64,000 bases of DNA. Source: Escherichia phage dhabil. Shown here piece by piece: positions 1 to 9,324 of this stretch (within the stretch, counting starts at the first letter, position 1; every line of letters starts with the position of its first letter). The translations under genes were made by a program, and so were the position numbers. The notes beneath the pieces were generated by a model. The model worked only from the letters and a program-made list of their open reading frames with translations, made no database searches and was not told where the DNA came from. The DNA is taken from sequence record MN850621.1. One strand, given 5' to 3'.

Positions 1-224
1 TCACCTGTAGCCACCAGTCCATCACCAGATTTTTCGATGAATCCTTTCTTAATCAATACACCAATGTTAGAGTTAACTACCGCAGCACTAAATTGTTCAC
101 TCAGGGCTTCGCGGACTTCGCCTGAAGTGATGAAGTTATTCTTGATGATATGTACTAAGATAGAAGCCGTTTTTTCATTCAGGACGTCTTCAGAAGCTTT
201 GATGATATAAGTAATTTTAGACAT
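1..224 (-). CDS. motA: MotA middle-transcription activator, N-terminal ~74 codons; rest of gene lies left of the window
   Basis: ATG at 222-224 with GGAG upstream; translation MSKITYIIKASEDVLNEKTAS...NSNIGVLIKKGFIEKSGDGL matches the T4 MotA N-terminal domain as I recall it. Confidence 0.8.
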   Translation of the reverse strand, partial: MSKITYIIKASEDVLNEKTASILVHIIKNNFITSGEVREALSEQFSAAVVNSNIGVLIKKGFIEKSGDGLVATG

Positions 225-247
225 TTTAATCTCCGATAACCATTTAT

Positions 248-287
248 TTGATAGGTCTATAGTATCATGTTTAAAGCAGAAGTAAAC
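248..287 (-). promoter_or_regulatory. T4-early-type promoter cassette for motA
   Basis: Minus strand GTTTAC (282-287), 17-nt spacer, TACTAT (259-264); contains the 20-mer core TTGATAGGTCTATAGTATCA. Confidence 0.6.
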
Positions 288-328
288 TTTATTTTGAGCT
301 CTTTTCCAAGAGCTCTGGTAAAAATTAC

Positions 329-544
329 TTAGATTGATAGGTCTTTAATCTCGGCGATTAAAGCGGCTTTTCCTTCACGAAGTTTTTCCAGTTCACGACC
401 ATTAGAGCCGCGAACTACTAAGGAATTTATCTCCACTTCCAGCCAATTTAGTTTTTCAACTAGTTCTTTACGTTTAGCATTCATACCAGGTTTAACTTTA
501 CCGAAACGGATGGTAGCGTTTTGGGTATTTTTCATCTTATTCAT
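329..544 (-). CDS. hypothetical protein, 71 aa, basic
   Basis: ATG at 542-544, SD GGAG; sits between motA and gene 52. Confidence 0.5.
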   Translation of the reverse strand: MNKMKNTQNATIRFGKVKPGMNAKRKELVEKLNWLEVEINSLVVRGSNGRELEKLREGKAALIAEIKDLSI

Positions 545-572
545 TTTTGTATCTCCATTTCACTCTGTTGTT

Positions 573-612
573 TTGATAGGTCTATAGTATCATGTTTAAA
601 GCAGATGTAAAT
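573..612 (-). promoter_or_regulatory. T4-early-type promoter cassette
   Basis: Same 20-mer core as 248-267; minus-strand ATTTAC-N17-TACTAT; near-identical 40-bp copy of the element at 248-287. Confidence 0.55.
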
Positions 613-627
613 ACTTTTTTGCACTAA

Positions 628-652
628 ACCAAAAAAGGAACCCGAAGGTTCC
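628..652 (-). terminator. intrinsic terminator, GC stem with UUCG loop plus U-tract
   Basis: Stem GGAACC/GGTTCC at 637-652 with loop cgaa (UUCG on minus), followed on minus strand by TTTTTTGG. Confidence 0.65.
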
Positions 653-757
653 TTACTTTTTAAAGTGTGCTGCTATTAAACCTATAGCTAAGCCCGTCGC
701 CAGGCCTAGGATAACAGCAAAGATACAGAGTAACAAGAACTCGACTCCAAGGCTCAT
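653..757 (-). CDS. small hydrophobic peptide, 34 aa
   Basis: ATG overlaps the gene 52 stop (ATGA); translation MSLGVEFLLLCIFAVILGLATGLAIGLIAAHFKK; below ORF-track size cut-off. Confidence 0.3.
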   Translation of the reverse strand: MSLGVEFLLLCIFAVILGLATGLAIGLIAAHFKK

Positions 758-2133
758 AGAGCCTCCAAATCTTTAACATACTCAGTTACAACATCAGTGG
801 TTTTCCAGTATTGATGCTCTTCTTTCTTAGCCTTGGCTTCCAAAGCCAGTTTCTTAGCTTCATCGGACGTGATATGGAAAATGTTCATTGCTACGAGTTT
901 ATCAGCATATTCACCGTAGACTTTATTACCGGCCAATTCTTCGGTTAAAACCTTACGGGTCTTACCTTGGATAACCACTACACCGTCAATAACATCTTTA
1001 ATGAATGTAGCTTTAGCCAATGCCAGTTTGAAAGCTTCTTCGGTTTCGATGATTTTACCATCAATACGTTTTTGTACAAAGGTCTTACGGACCTCAACGA
1101 AATCACGAATCAGTTCAACTGCATCTTCGTAAACCTTAAGTTTACCTTTCTCATTAATGACGGTCAGGTTTTGCGAACGACGTTCGATTAACCCGAAGTC
1201 CTTCATGATTTTTTCGTGCTTCTTATTTTCTTCAGTAGGCAATTCATATTCTTTACGAATCTTAACCTTGAAGCCGAAACCATTCTCGTCACAGTCGTCA
1301 TCATACGTGATATACCCTTTGTCTTCTAAAGGGTCCAACACCTTAGCCACGTATGTTTCACGGTCATATTTGTACGGGATTTCTGTAATATGCATTTGGG
1401 TTCGAGAGGTGAACTTATACGTTCCACGAATCTCATAACTTCCAGGTTCAATCTCAACAACTTCACCACGGAATTCCGGATAAGCTACCTTAGGCTTGGT
1501 TACGCGTTTTTCTTGAAGAACCTGCAATACAGCTTTCTTAACAGAATCAAAACTATGAGGAAGAATATTAGTTGCATAACCAGTTGCAATACCGGAAATA
1601 CCATTAAGAAGAACAGTAGGAATAATAGGCAGATAAAAAGCTGGTGGCTTATGTTCGACATCCGCATGAACCGGAGCATATTCTGTATCCTTATAAACCT
1701 TTGCGAAATTAGTTCCAATTCGTGCAAAAATATAACGAGAGGCTGCAGCCTTTTGAACTAATCGAGAACCAAAGTTACCTTGGCCATCCAACAGTGGGAA
1801 GTTGTTGTTCCATGTGTTAGCCATCAAAGCCCCTGCTTCCTGAGCAGAACCTTCACCATGGTGATATCCAAGGTCGGCTACACCACCTGCAATAGAAGCT
1901 AGTTTGTGGAATTTTTCTTTATTACCACGAGCCATATCAAGACAACGAGCAACTACAAAACGTTGTACAGGTTTAAAGCCATCAATCATATTTGGAATGG
2001 CGCGGTTTTCGACAGTATACATTGCGTAAGCCAGCGCTTCGTTGTCGATAATGCTTTTTAAGTCACGACGAGTAAAAGCGTCATCGTAAACATCTAAGGA
2101 TTGTTTAAAAAGGGTATCAATTACATCAGCCAT
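754..2133 (-). CDS. 52: DNA topoisomerase II medium subunit (GyrA-like)
   Basis: 459-aa ORF, ATG at 2131-2133; type II topoisomerase A-subunit-like; position downstream of ac/stp as in T4. Confidence 0.9.
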   Translation of the reverse strand: MADVIDTLFKQSLDVYDDAFTRRDLKSIIDNEALAYAMYTVENRAIPNMIDGFKPVQRFVVARCLDMARGNKEKFHKLASIAGGVADLGYHHGEGSAQEAGALMANTWNNNFPLLDGQGNFGSRLVQKAAASRYIFARIGTNFAKVYKDTEYAPVHADVEHKPPAFYLPIIPTVLLNGISGIATGYATNILPHSFDSVKKAVLQVLQEKRVTKPKVAYPEFRGEVVEIEPGSYEIRGTYKFTSRTQMHITEIPYKYDRETYVAKVLDPLEDKGYITYDDDCDENGFGFKVKIRKEYELPTEENKKHEKIMKDFGLIERRSQNLTVINEKGKLKVYEDAVELIRDFVEVRKTFVQKRIDGKIIETEEAFKLALAKATFIKDVIDGVVVIQGKTRKVLTEELAGNKVYGEYADKLVAMNIFHITSDEAKKLALEAKAKKEEHQYWKTTDVVTEYVKDLEAL

Positions 2134-2137
2134 AATT

Positions 2138-2278
2138 TTACCATACTAGTGAATGAATAACCATAATAACATCGGAAATAAAAAGCACAACTTGGATAAG
2201 ACCGAATATTACTCCATAATACAGCGCTACTAATAAAGCAGCAAGGGCTACAGAGTAGCCCAAGATTTTCTTAATCAT
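2138..2278 (-). CDS. small membrane protein, 46 aa
   Basis: ATG at 2276-2278; hydrophobic MIKKILGYSVALAALLVALYYGVIFGLIQVV...; overlaps the preceding gene end by 8 nt. Confidence 0.4.
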   Translation of the reverse strand: MIKKILGYSVALAALLVALYYGVIFGLIQVVLFISDVIMVIHSLVW

Positions 2279-2432
2279 TTTTAATCATCTTAAGTAAACC
2301 GACAAAAGTAGAAAGAACCCAGCCAATAAACAGAAAACTTAAGAATACCGGACCAGGGGTCCATACACCTAAAAAGAAGCAAACTGAACAGACCATAGCC
2401 ATAATAAGTTCAATAAAAACTAGGATAATCAT
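2271..2432 (-). CDS. small membrane protein, 53 aa, at the position of T4 ac
   Basis: ATG at 2430-2432 preceded by AGGAAAAT; two predicted transmembrane segments; between stp and gene 52. Confidence 0.45.
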   Translation of the reverse strand: MIILVFIELIMAMVCSVCFFLGVWTPGPVFLSFLFIGWVLSTFVGLLKMIKND

Positions 2433-2442
2433 ATTTTCCTCA

Positions 2443-2520
2443 TTAGCGTCCGAAGACGCCTTTAGTTTTAAGATTGTTACGATAGAACTGCATCACATGT
2501 TCGTTATGGAAATTACTCAT
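2443..2520 (-). CDS. stp: Stp peptide, 25 aa
   Basis: Translation [25 protein letters not shown] matches T4 Stp as I recall it; ATG overlaps the upstream stop (TAATG). Confidence 0.8.
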
Positions 2521-2969
2521 TAGTAAGCCTGCAGAACGAATTTGAAGTTATCGGCCAACATACGGTTCATTTCTTCCAGTGTCTGGAGGTCTGAACTATG
2601 GTTGCGAGTGAAAGCCATAGCGATTTGACCTTTACCGAAGCCTGTAGTCAGTGGTTTCATTTTAGAAGCCGGCACATAAAGAACTTCATACACAACACCA
2701 TTCACTGCCATAGTGCGAGCTGATTGTGAACGTTTCTTACGAATGTTAGCTACGATACCATCAAGACCTTGAGCTGAACGTTGGTTGCCGACATAAAAGC
2801 GTGCAGCTACGACACGAGAATCTGCTTCACCTTTAACAAAGAAGTAGAAGCCTGGCTGGGCTGAGATTTCTTTAGAAGGCTTACCATTTTGGTATTCGCC
2901 ATTCTTAACATAAGCAACAGTAGTAGCACCAGCAGACAGAACGTTACCGCGAGTCATATAAGTATTCAT
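2520..2969 (-). CDS. ndd: Ndd-like nucleoid disruption protein
   Basis: 149 aa, ATG at 2967-2969; size and position immediately upstream of stp match T4 ndd. Confidence 0.55.
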
Positions 2970-3010
2970 ATCAATTTCCTCAGTAGATTAATGTTTTGTT
3001 ATCCAGTCAA

Positions 3011-3047
3011 CGAGAACCATTATAACATGATTCTCGAGGTTGTAAAC
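3011..3047 (-). promoter_or_regulatory. early promoter with flanking inverted repeat
   Basis: Minus GTTTAC (3042-3047), N17, TATAAT (3019-3024); arms cgagaa/ttctcg flank the -10. Confidence 0.55.
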
Positions 3048-3391
3048 TATTTTTGTAGCTGTTCTAAAATAAATCCGCTAGTATAAAAGGGAGCATTATA
3101 AACCTTGTTCAGTGGGTTCAAAGCCTGTCCGTAAGTATCACGTAGTTCTTTGATAACGTTTTCATAACTCACGTAGTAAGCACTATGATAACCAGGGTCC
3201 ATACTCATACGAAATTTAATGAACCGATAAAAGCCTGTTTCCGGGTCTTGAACGAAAACGAAATCAGCACTCGTCATAATCTTTGAATGTACGCCGGGAA
3301 TCATACTTTGATTGAATGCCACCGATGCATCCTGAAGGCTGAGTTGTTTAAAGAACATTACCTTAGCATTACCAAAAAAGATTTTAGACAT
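3047..3391 (-). CDS. hypothetical protein, 114 aa
   Basis: ATG at 3389-3391; no motif recognised. Confidence 0.45.
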   Translation of the reverse strand: MSKIFFGNAKVMFFKQLSLQDASVAFNQSMIPGVHSKIMTSADFVFVQDPETGFYRFIKFRMSMDPGYHSAYYVSYENVIKELRDTYGQALNPLNKVYNAPFYTSGFILEQLQK

Positions 3392-3405
3392 GATAATTTC
3401 CTCAA

Positions 3406-3651
3406 TTATTCAGGGTCAACTGCGCCATCCCACAGGTCAACTTCTTCTGATGATTCCATCAGTTCATCAACTGTGAAGCACTCAGTATTATTTTCAATAG
3501 CAAAACGCTTTTGATAAAAAGGATAATCCAAACAGTTTTCAGTACGAATAGGCCGCTCGCTATTATCCATTAAAGGAGAAATACGAATCAATTGTTGACC
3601 ATTACCTAAGACAAATTTTTCACCAACTGCGATATCTTTAAAAAGTTTCAT
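3406..3651 (-). CDS. hypothetical protein, 81 aa
   Basis: ORF-track start is TTG at 3693; moved to ATG 3649-3651 with SD GAGGAAAA. Confidence 0.4.
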   Translation of the reverse strand: MKLFKDIAVGEKFVLGNGQQLIRISPLMDNSERPIRTENCLDYPFYQKRFAIENNTECFTVDELMESSEEVDLWDGAVDPE

Positions 3652-3777
3652 AATATTTTCCTCAGAAGTTAAAGAATACACGTACATGGTCAATCATAAA
3701 AACTATTGGGAAAATGCTCAATACAACCAATAACACAAACATGTTCCAAATTGCTTTAAGTAAGTTTTTCATAATCA

Positions 3778-3827
3778 TCTCCATTAGTTGATAGGTCTAT
3801 AATATCATGTCTAATGGAGATGTAAAC
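3778..3827 (-). promoter_or_regulatory. promoter cassette with RBS-pairing stem
   Basis: Minus GTTTAC (3822-3827), N17, TATTAT (3799-3804); 10-bp arms 3778-3787 / 3811-3820, right arm contains the SD GGAG. Confidence 0.6.
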
Positions 3828-4225
3828 ATTGATTGTTATCATTATTACTGGAAATAATATCACTCATATTAAGCGCCAGAACCTACTCAAACCCTGCGCT
3901 CCCAATTTCAAGGTTAGAGCGGTTGTCAAAGATTTTGCACCGACCTTTAACCTGGCTGGATGCGTAGAACTCCGCAGTTTCTTGAACATCAAAAGCATAC
4001 AACCTTGTTTCTAAATCGCGATAACGTGGTTCGCCGTTAAGTTCAAACCAAATCATAATAGTTACTGGGATCATTTTCGGGTTCCTTGTTTGTTGGTGTA
4101 TGAGTACTATAACATGCTAAATCTGAGATGTAAACTGATTTATGCTAATTTCCACAACAATAAACTAAAGCATATACAAATAATTGGAATACAAGTCATC
4201 CAAATAAGGCACCACGTTTTGCTAC

Positions 4226-4491
4226 TCAAAACACCACCTCTTTTATCTCAATCAATCCCCTGTGCAATGCGGTGCGAAGGTCATAAAGGATATCTATACC
4301 GTCAACATTATCCAGTTTACCGTCGATAAGTTTTTGTAAATCTTTTTTTGACGCTATCAAAGGGCGGAGAAATTTACATTCAGAAAGAGATAACTCTGTA
4401 GTAACATCATCACCTTCACCTGATGCATCATACATAGCGGCGACAACCATACCCGTAACTTTGTGTTTAGCGTAATATAATTTGATATCCA
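4226..4491 (-). CDS. hypothetical protein, 88 aa
   Basis: ORF-track start 4552 runs through the promoter; moved to ATG 4489-4491 with SD GAGGAG. Confidence 0.45.
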
Positions 4492-4509
4492 TTTTGTTCT
4501 CCTCATTAG

Positions 4510-4550
4510 TTGATAGGAAGATAGTAACACCATCCATGGCGTATGTAAAC
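4510..4550 (-). promoter_or_regulatory. T4-early-type promoter cassette
   Basis: Minus GTTTAC (4545-4550), N18, TACTAT (4521-4526); TTGATAGG core variant. Confidence 0.5.
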
Positions 4551-4563
4551 ACTTATTTTAAAA

Positions 4564-5040
4564 TTATAAGGCGAGATACCAGCCGTTGTAATTACTCTTA
4601 CGGACTAGCTTTTTGATGGATTCTCTGTCACCAGAGAACTTAGGAGTGAACAGGACGTCGCCTGCCTCATTTACTGAAGTGTCGAATATAATTATACAGT
4701 CTGCAACTTTATGATTCAAGAGCGGTCCCAGGTTTATCCCTGTTCCATAAGGGAAGTCACCCGAGTATCCTGTAGTGCAGGAAATCCACTTAGAATCAGA
4801 TTGGTGGGTCTTGACCTCTACACGTAGTCCGCAGTACATAGGATGGGCTAAAACATCCCAGGCGTAGGTATAAGGGTCGTCATGGTCTTCCAGACCACTG
4901 TTGACATATCCTTTCAACCAATCAGCAACCATGTACTCTGCATACGTTGCAATAACACACCGAGTCAATACTTCTTTCTTATCTTGGGAGGGGTCTTGGC
5001 TTAAGGAATATAATACGGTATCCTTAATCTTGACCTTCAT
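4564..5040 (-). CDS. hypothetical protein; start uncertain
   Basis: In-frame ATGs at 5082 and 5040; 5040 chosen for SD GGTGA and no overlap; region corresponds positionally to T4 denB/ndd.x. Confidence 0.4.
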   Translation of the reverse strand: MKVKIKDTVLYSLSQDPSQDKKEVLTRCVIATYAEYMVADWLKGYVNSGLEDHDDPYTYAWDVLAHPMYCGLRVEVKTHQSDSKWISCTTGYSGDFPYGTGINLGPLLNHKVADCIIIFDTSVNEAGDVLFTPKFSGDRESIKKLVRKSNYNGWYLAL

Positions 5041-5053
5041 TTCACCCGTTAAA

Positions 5054-5353
5054 TCAGATGTCTTCAGGGTAAATGTCGGCATCGCTGCCAATCGGAGTAA
5101 CCCCGGGTTCGTCTTCACCATAAATGCCTCGAATATGAAGTTCACCATAATAAATTCGGTCGTTTGGTTCTAAAATATCGGAATCAATTAAAGGAAATTC
5201 ACCTTCGACCACCTCATCACATTCTAGAAAAGCGTAATGGACATCGCCAGGATGTTTAACGAGCTTAGCACAATAAACAGTACCTGCTCGATGGAACCCA
5301 CGCAAATTAGAAATCTTGATATCACGTTCACCGACATTTAGGTAATTAATCAT
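5054..5353 (-). CDS. hypothetical protein, 99 aa
   Basis: ORF-track start is GTG at 5362; ATG at 5351-5353 chosen. Confidence 0.4.
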   Translation of the reverse strand: MINYLNVGERDIKISNLRGFHRAGTVYCAKLVKHPGDVHYAFLECDEVVEGEFPLIDSDILEPNDRIYYGELHIRGIYGEDEPGVTPIGSDADIYPEDI

Positions 5354-5354
5354 T

Positions 5355-5552
5355 TTACTCACCGAAATAAGAAATACGAACCTCTAAACAATGCGCATAT
5401 GCACCCATCGCATCCAGTTGGGCAATCAGTAACCCTTGTTGACGGATATCAAGAGTTTCAAAAACACCACCTTTAATAAACTCTTCGAGAGCATTAATTT
5501 TCAGGACCAGTTGGTCGTATTCTTCAATTACACGTGCTTGGAAACCTAACAT
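5355..5552 (-). CDS. hypothetical protein, 65 aa
   Basis: ATG at 5550-5552 with SD GAGGAA; immediately downstream of rIIB. Confidence 0.45.
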   Translation of the reverse strand: MLGFQARVIEEYDQLVLKINALEEFIKGGVFETLDIRQQGLLIAQLDAMGAYAHCLEVRISYFGE

Positions 5553-5590
5553 AATTCCTCATTAGGAGGCCGAAGCCTCCATTTATTAAT

Positions 5591-6559
5591 TTAGTATTTG
5601 TATTCGTTTGCGAACTGTTCAGTGACGTCTTCCAGAACTTCATAATAACATACACGCATTTTAGCATCACCGTAATCGACTGGGATACTAACAACATCAC
5701 GTGGGTTAACTTTACATGAAACTACTTTACAGTTAGAGTTACCAAAATGACCGATATAGCTACGAGAGCAAACATGCAGACCCGTTGAACAAGTTACTTC
5801 GTCGTCATCATTTACACGCGAACGAGGCATTTTAACTGGCTTACCTGGCGAGTTATCAAACGTACCAGTACGGCAGTCGGTGTAATCGGAGTTAACAACT
5901 TTCCATGCGATAAAGTGGCCGTCTTCAGTGATTTTGATATCGTTCGCGACCAGGAAGTCGAACAGACGCTGTACGGCTTTTTCGCTTGGGTTTTCTAACA
6001 GATTCTCAAGGAACGGCAGGTAGAATTCAAAATCTTCGCCATTTTCCATTGAGGTGATAATACGGTCAATCAACCCTGAACGTAATTCAATACCTTGATA
6101 AACCAGACGTCCACCTTCAATACGAACGTTACCTTTAACGAAAGCCTTGACAGCTTCTTTAATGGAAATCAGTTTAATCGCATCATCAAAACGGGATTCT
6201 TTAAGAGCCTGTACGATGGCATCAAAATGTTTGTTCTTATTAGTAGTGTTCCATACTGTACGACCTTCAGTGATGGATACGAATTTAGAACTGGCGTTCC
6301 AGATAATTTCTGGACGAGAACCGCCGATAGTAATATCCACCGGAACAAATCGAGGTTCGTTAGGAACCGTTACTTTGATATTTCCGGTAATAACCACTTG
6401 AGAACGTTTAGCTTCTTCAGCATTTTTCAGGACTTTACGGATGCTATCAACCGAGACACTGTACCGGTCGGCCAACTCATTCTGGGTATAATTACCAGAA
6501 GTATATAACTTAACGATGTCGACTTGTTCGGATTTAGTCAAACACTTAATATTGTACAT
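5591..6559 (-). CDS. rIIB: rIIB protector from prophage-induced early lysis
   Basis: 322 aa; N-terminus MYNIKCLTKSEQVDIVKLYTSGNYTQ matches T4 rIIB as recalled; adjacent to rIIA. Confidence 0.9.
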   Translation of the reverse strand: MYNIKCLTKSEQVDIVKLYTSGNYTQNELADRYSVSVDSIRKVLKNAEEAKRSQVVITGNIKVTVPNEPRFVPVDITIGGSRPEIIWNASSKFVSITEGRTVWNTTNKNKHFDAIVQALKESRFDDAIKLISIKEAVKAFVKGNVRIEGGRLVYQGIELRSGLIDRIITSMENGEDFEFYLPFLENLLENPSEKAVQRLFDFLVANDIKITEDGHFIAWKVVNSDYTDCRTGTFDNSPGKPVKMPRSRVNDDDEVTCSTGLHVCSRSYIGHFGNSNCKVVSCKVNPRDVVSIPVDYGDAKMRVCYYEVLEDVTEQFANEYKY

Positions 6560-6573
6560 AATATTTCCTTAGA

Positions 6574-8784
6574 TTAAGCCGCTTCCACGGCTTTCATGAA
6601 TTTAACGATTTGAGCTACAGAAGCCTCGGTAATGGATGTTCCACGACGATACATGTAATCCGAAACTAAATGGTAATCGGATTCAAACTGTACAGTCATT
6701 TTATCATTGTTACTTGAAGCATTATTGGTTAGCGTATTGAACGTCGTGTTACAGATTTTCTTGATAACAGAAAGTTTGTCATCAGTGATATACCCATGGA
6801 AATTCATATAACGGAATATATCATAGAAATTGCTCAGACGAGTATATGCTTCAGACACCGGCTTATCACTGAAATATTTAGTCATAAAACCAAGCTCAGG
6901 GAACTTAGCAATAATTTCAAGATAATACCTTGCACGGGTATTACTACCAATATAATCATCAATATCTACAGCATCTAGTGCTTCGGCATAAGCTTCTAAC
7001 GTGGTTTCCATCAAGCATTCACATTGGCCTAACTTTTTAATCTTTTTGGCAATCTGAGGGCGAATGATATGGAATTCGGTAGCACCAATCAAATTAGCCA
7101 TACGGCACATGGTAGTGGTGTTGATGTCAAAGATACCATAAGCTTCATCCATTCCCATGATATCAGAACGACTACCAAACAATACGTACCCTGTAATTTC
7201 TTCTGCTTCTGCAGCAGTTAAGTATAAGGTCTCTTGTTGCCAACGCCCGTCTTTAATGAACCAACGATAAGCACTTGGTGTTTTAGGACGAGGTTCGGAT
7301 GAACGAACAGTAACCGGAATCCACGGCTTAACAATTTTATTCAGTTCAGAGACTTTATAAAAATGAATTGTGTCGCCTTTAAAAAGTTCTTTAACCTTTT
7401 CAAGTTGTTGCATTTGCAACATTGAATTCGGGTCAACAAAAATAAGGTCTGTTCTGTATTTAGGAATATTGTGCTCTTTAACAATTTTCTTGGCCGAAGC
7501 GCTGTTGTCCATTGCTAAGGCCCAAAGTCCTCGAACTAATGGCACACGACCCTTTTCATCATCATAAACAATATGGATTTCTTTATTATTAATACCTAAT
7601 AGGCCACTAAGTCCTGCTACCGAAGAAGTATTACCACTCGGCTTAATTCGTTTCAAACGTGGGTCCATACAAACTTCGTAAACAACACCCAAATTAATAA
7701 GGTCGTTTTGAAGTGTATAACGTTGGTACAATTTCTCGTATGTTAATTTTTCAGTTGTGAACTCTTTAGTAACGCCTCTTTTAGAAAGATAGTCGCGAGC
7801 ACTATAACCTAGGTTAGAAAGGTCACGATAAACATGACGTGGATTATCAGATTCAACCCATTCCTGTGTATCGTTTTTAAAGACCAATGCATCCAAGGCT
7901 TCGATACGAGTTGCGATATTTTCCATTGTGCGTTTATCAAGAGACAGCACTTCACGAGATGGAGCGATATCTAACGAACCCATAGGGAACTTAATATAAA
8001 CTACATCATGGCGAGTACGCATCCATGTGCCTTTAATATAAGCCGAATCCAATGGATAAACAATACCACCATAAACGGCATAAAGCCCTGAACGTTCAAA
8101 ATCACCGTAGCCGGTATCGGTTACAGCATAGTAGTCATCAAATTCAGGGAAATAATCAACTTCGGCCCCATCAACATCACCAAGCCCAATGAACGGGCGC
8201 ATGATATATCGAACTTCAGTTTCAAACTTACGGAAATCTTCTTCGTCGACAGGAACCGTGATTTCGATACCTGTTTTGTCGCCTGGTTGCATTGGTTCAA
8301 CGAATGTAGGTTTAATCTGCGGCCCGTCACCATCCATATAAGCTACATAACCGCGAACTTCACCATTATGCCAGGATGTAATATTAAACGTTTCGGTATA
8401 ACTGAACGGGGATTTAGAACCAAGGCCAAATCCACCAATGAAATCGTTAGAAGCAGTTTTAGATGATGCGAAATAAGAGTTATACAAACCGGTTTCGTTT
8501 TCATCACCACGAATCTGGAAATCGCTCATACCTGGACCGAAATCACGACACACAAAGCGTGGGTCGAGCTTACCAGGAACCTGTACTTTCCAACGTTCTT
8601 TATTACCATTCAGAATATGAGCATCGATCATGTTGGTAATTAGTTCACGAACTACAGCACGCACCTTATTACTATAAAGGTCTGATGAAAGAATTTTAAA
8701 GACCTTAGGTGAGGCCTGGATAGTAAATCCTGTGGACTTAGCACCATTACCAATGATTTGTTCTTTTTCGGTTTCAATAATCAT
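6574..8784 (-). CDS. rIIA: rIIA protector from prophage-induced early lysis (GHKL-type ATPase fold)
   Basis: 736 aa; N-terminus MIIETEKEQIIGNGAKS...VVRELITNMIDAH matches T4 rIIA as recalled. Confidence 0.9.
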   Translation of the reverse strand: MIIETEKEQIIGNGAKSTGFTIQASPKVFKILSSDLYSNKVRAVVRELITNMIDAHILNGNKERWKVQVPGKLDPRFVCRDFGPGMSDFQIRGDENETGLYNSYFASSKTASNDFIGGFGLGSKSPFSYTETFNITSWHNGEVRGYVAYMDGDGPQIKPTFVEPMQPGDKTGIEITVPVDEEDFRKFETEVRYIMRPFIGLGDVDGAEVDYFPEFDDYYAVTDTGYGDFERSGLYAVYGGIVYPLDSAYIKGTWMRTRHDVVYIKFPMGSLDIAPSREVLSLDKRTMENIATRIEALDALVFKNDTQEWVESDNPRHVYRDLSNLGYSARDYLSKRGVTKEFTTEKLTYEKLYQRYTLQNDLINLGVVYEVCMDPRLKRIKPSGNTSSVAGLSGLLGINNKEIHIVYDDEKGRVPLVRGLWALAMDNSASAKKIVKEHNIPKYRTDLIFVDPNSMLQMQQLEKVKELFKGDTIHFYKVSELNKIVKPWIPVTVRSSEPRPKTPSAYRWFIKDGRWQQETLYLTAAEAEEITGYVLFGSRSDIMGMDEAYGIFDINTTTMCRMANLIGATEFHIIRPQIAKKIKKLGQCECLMETTLEAYAEALDAVDIDDYIGSNTRARYYLEIIAKFPELGFMTKYFSDKPVSEAYTRLSNFYDIFRYMNFHGYITDDKLSVIKKICNTTFNTLTNNASSNNDKMTVQFESDYHLVSDYMYRRGTSITEASVAQIVKFMKAVEAA

Positions 8785-8791
8785 ATTTTTC

Positions 8792-8995
8792 TCAATTCAG
8801 GTTACGTTTAAAAATATCTGCTACTTCAAGGAGCTCTTCCTTAGTAGCGATGTCGTTGAGTATTTTATACCGTATTTCCTTAAAGCGTTCTTTAAAATCT
8901 TCAGCTGCATTGATATCAAAAAATCTCTGGATTAGCCGGAATTCTTTATGGACAGCTTTATCGAACAAATCAATGTTGACTTTAAAGTTTGTCAT
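8792..8995 (-). CDS. hypothetical protein, 67 aa
   Basis: ATG at 8993-8995; position of T4 rIIA.1. Confidence 0.45.
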   Translation of the reverse strand: MTNFKVNIDLFDKAVHKEFRLIQRFFDINAAEDFKERFKEIRYKILNDIATKEELLEVADIFKRNLN

Positions 8996-9305
8996 TTTTA
9001 ACTACCTCATGTTGAACATATTCTCTGGTAGAACCTAGTTCAGCCAGAATTCTTCTCATAGAACCCATTGTACTTTTGTGCTCTCTGTGGCGATACAATA
9101 TCTCTAGAACCTTTTCCTGGACAACGGGAGAGAGCGCCTGGTTATCTTTAATCTTTAAGGCAATAGATTTTACAGCCTTAAGGTATTCTAGTCCCTTACC
9201 GCTTGTAATCACTACTCCTTCATCTTTACAGTTACGAATAGCGGTTTCCATAAAGGATAAAGCCAAGTTGTCAGTGTTCACTATACTATTATCTTGCATA
9301 ATCAT
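8982..9305 (-). CDS. hypothetical protein, 107 aa
   Basis: ATG at 9303-9305; own promoter upstream. Confidence 0.45.
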   Translation of the reverse strand: MIMQDNSIVNTDNLALSFMETAIRNCKDEGVVITSGKGLEYLKAVKSIALKIKDNQALSPVVQEKVLEILYRHREHKSTMGSMRRILAELGSTREYVQHEVVKNDKL

Positions 9306-9324
9306 ATTCTCACCTCTTAGAGAA

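Noticed and set aside
967-1761. Plus-strand ORFs inside gene 52 (967-1191, 1157-1438, 1390-1761), and the similar plus-strand ORFs inside rIIA, gene 39, dda, gene 43 and gene 46
   Set aside because: Antisense to well-supported minus-strand genes, no ribosome-binding sites, low-complexity translations; treated as six-frame artefacts.
5565-5580. GGAGGC-cgaa-GCCTCC hairpin after rIIB as a terminator
   Set aside because: No U-tract follows it on the minus strand (the next sequence is the RBS of the following gene); more likely a stabilising or pause hairpin.
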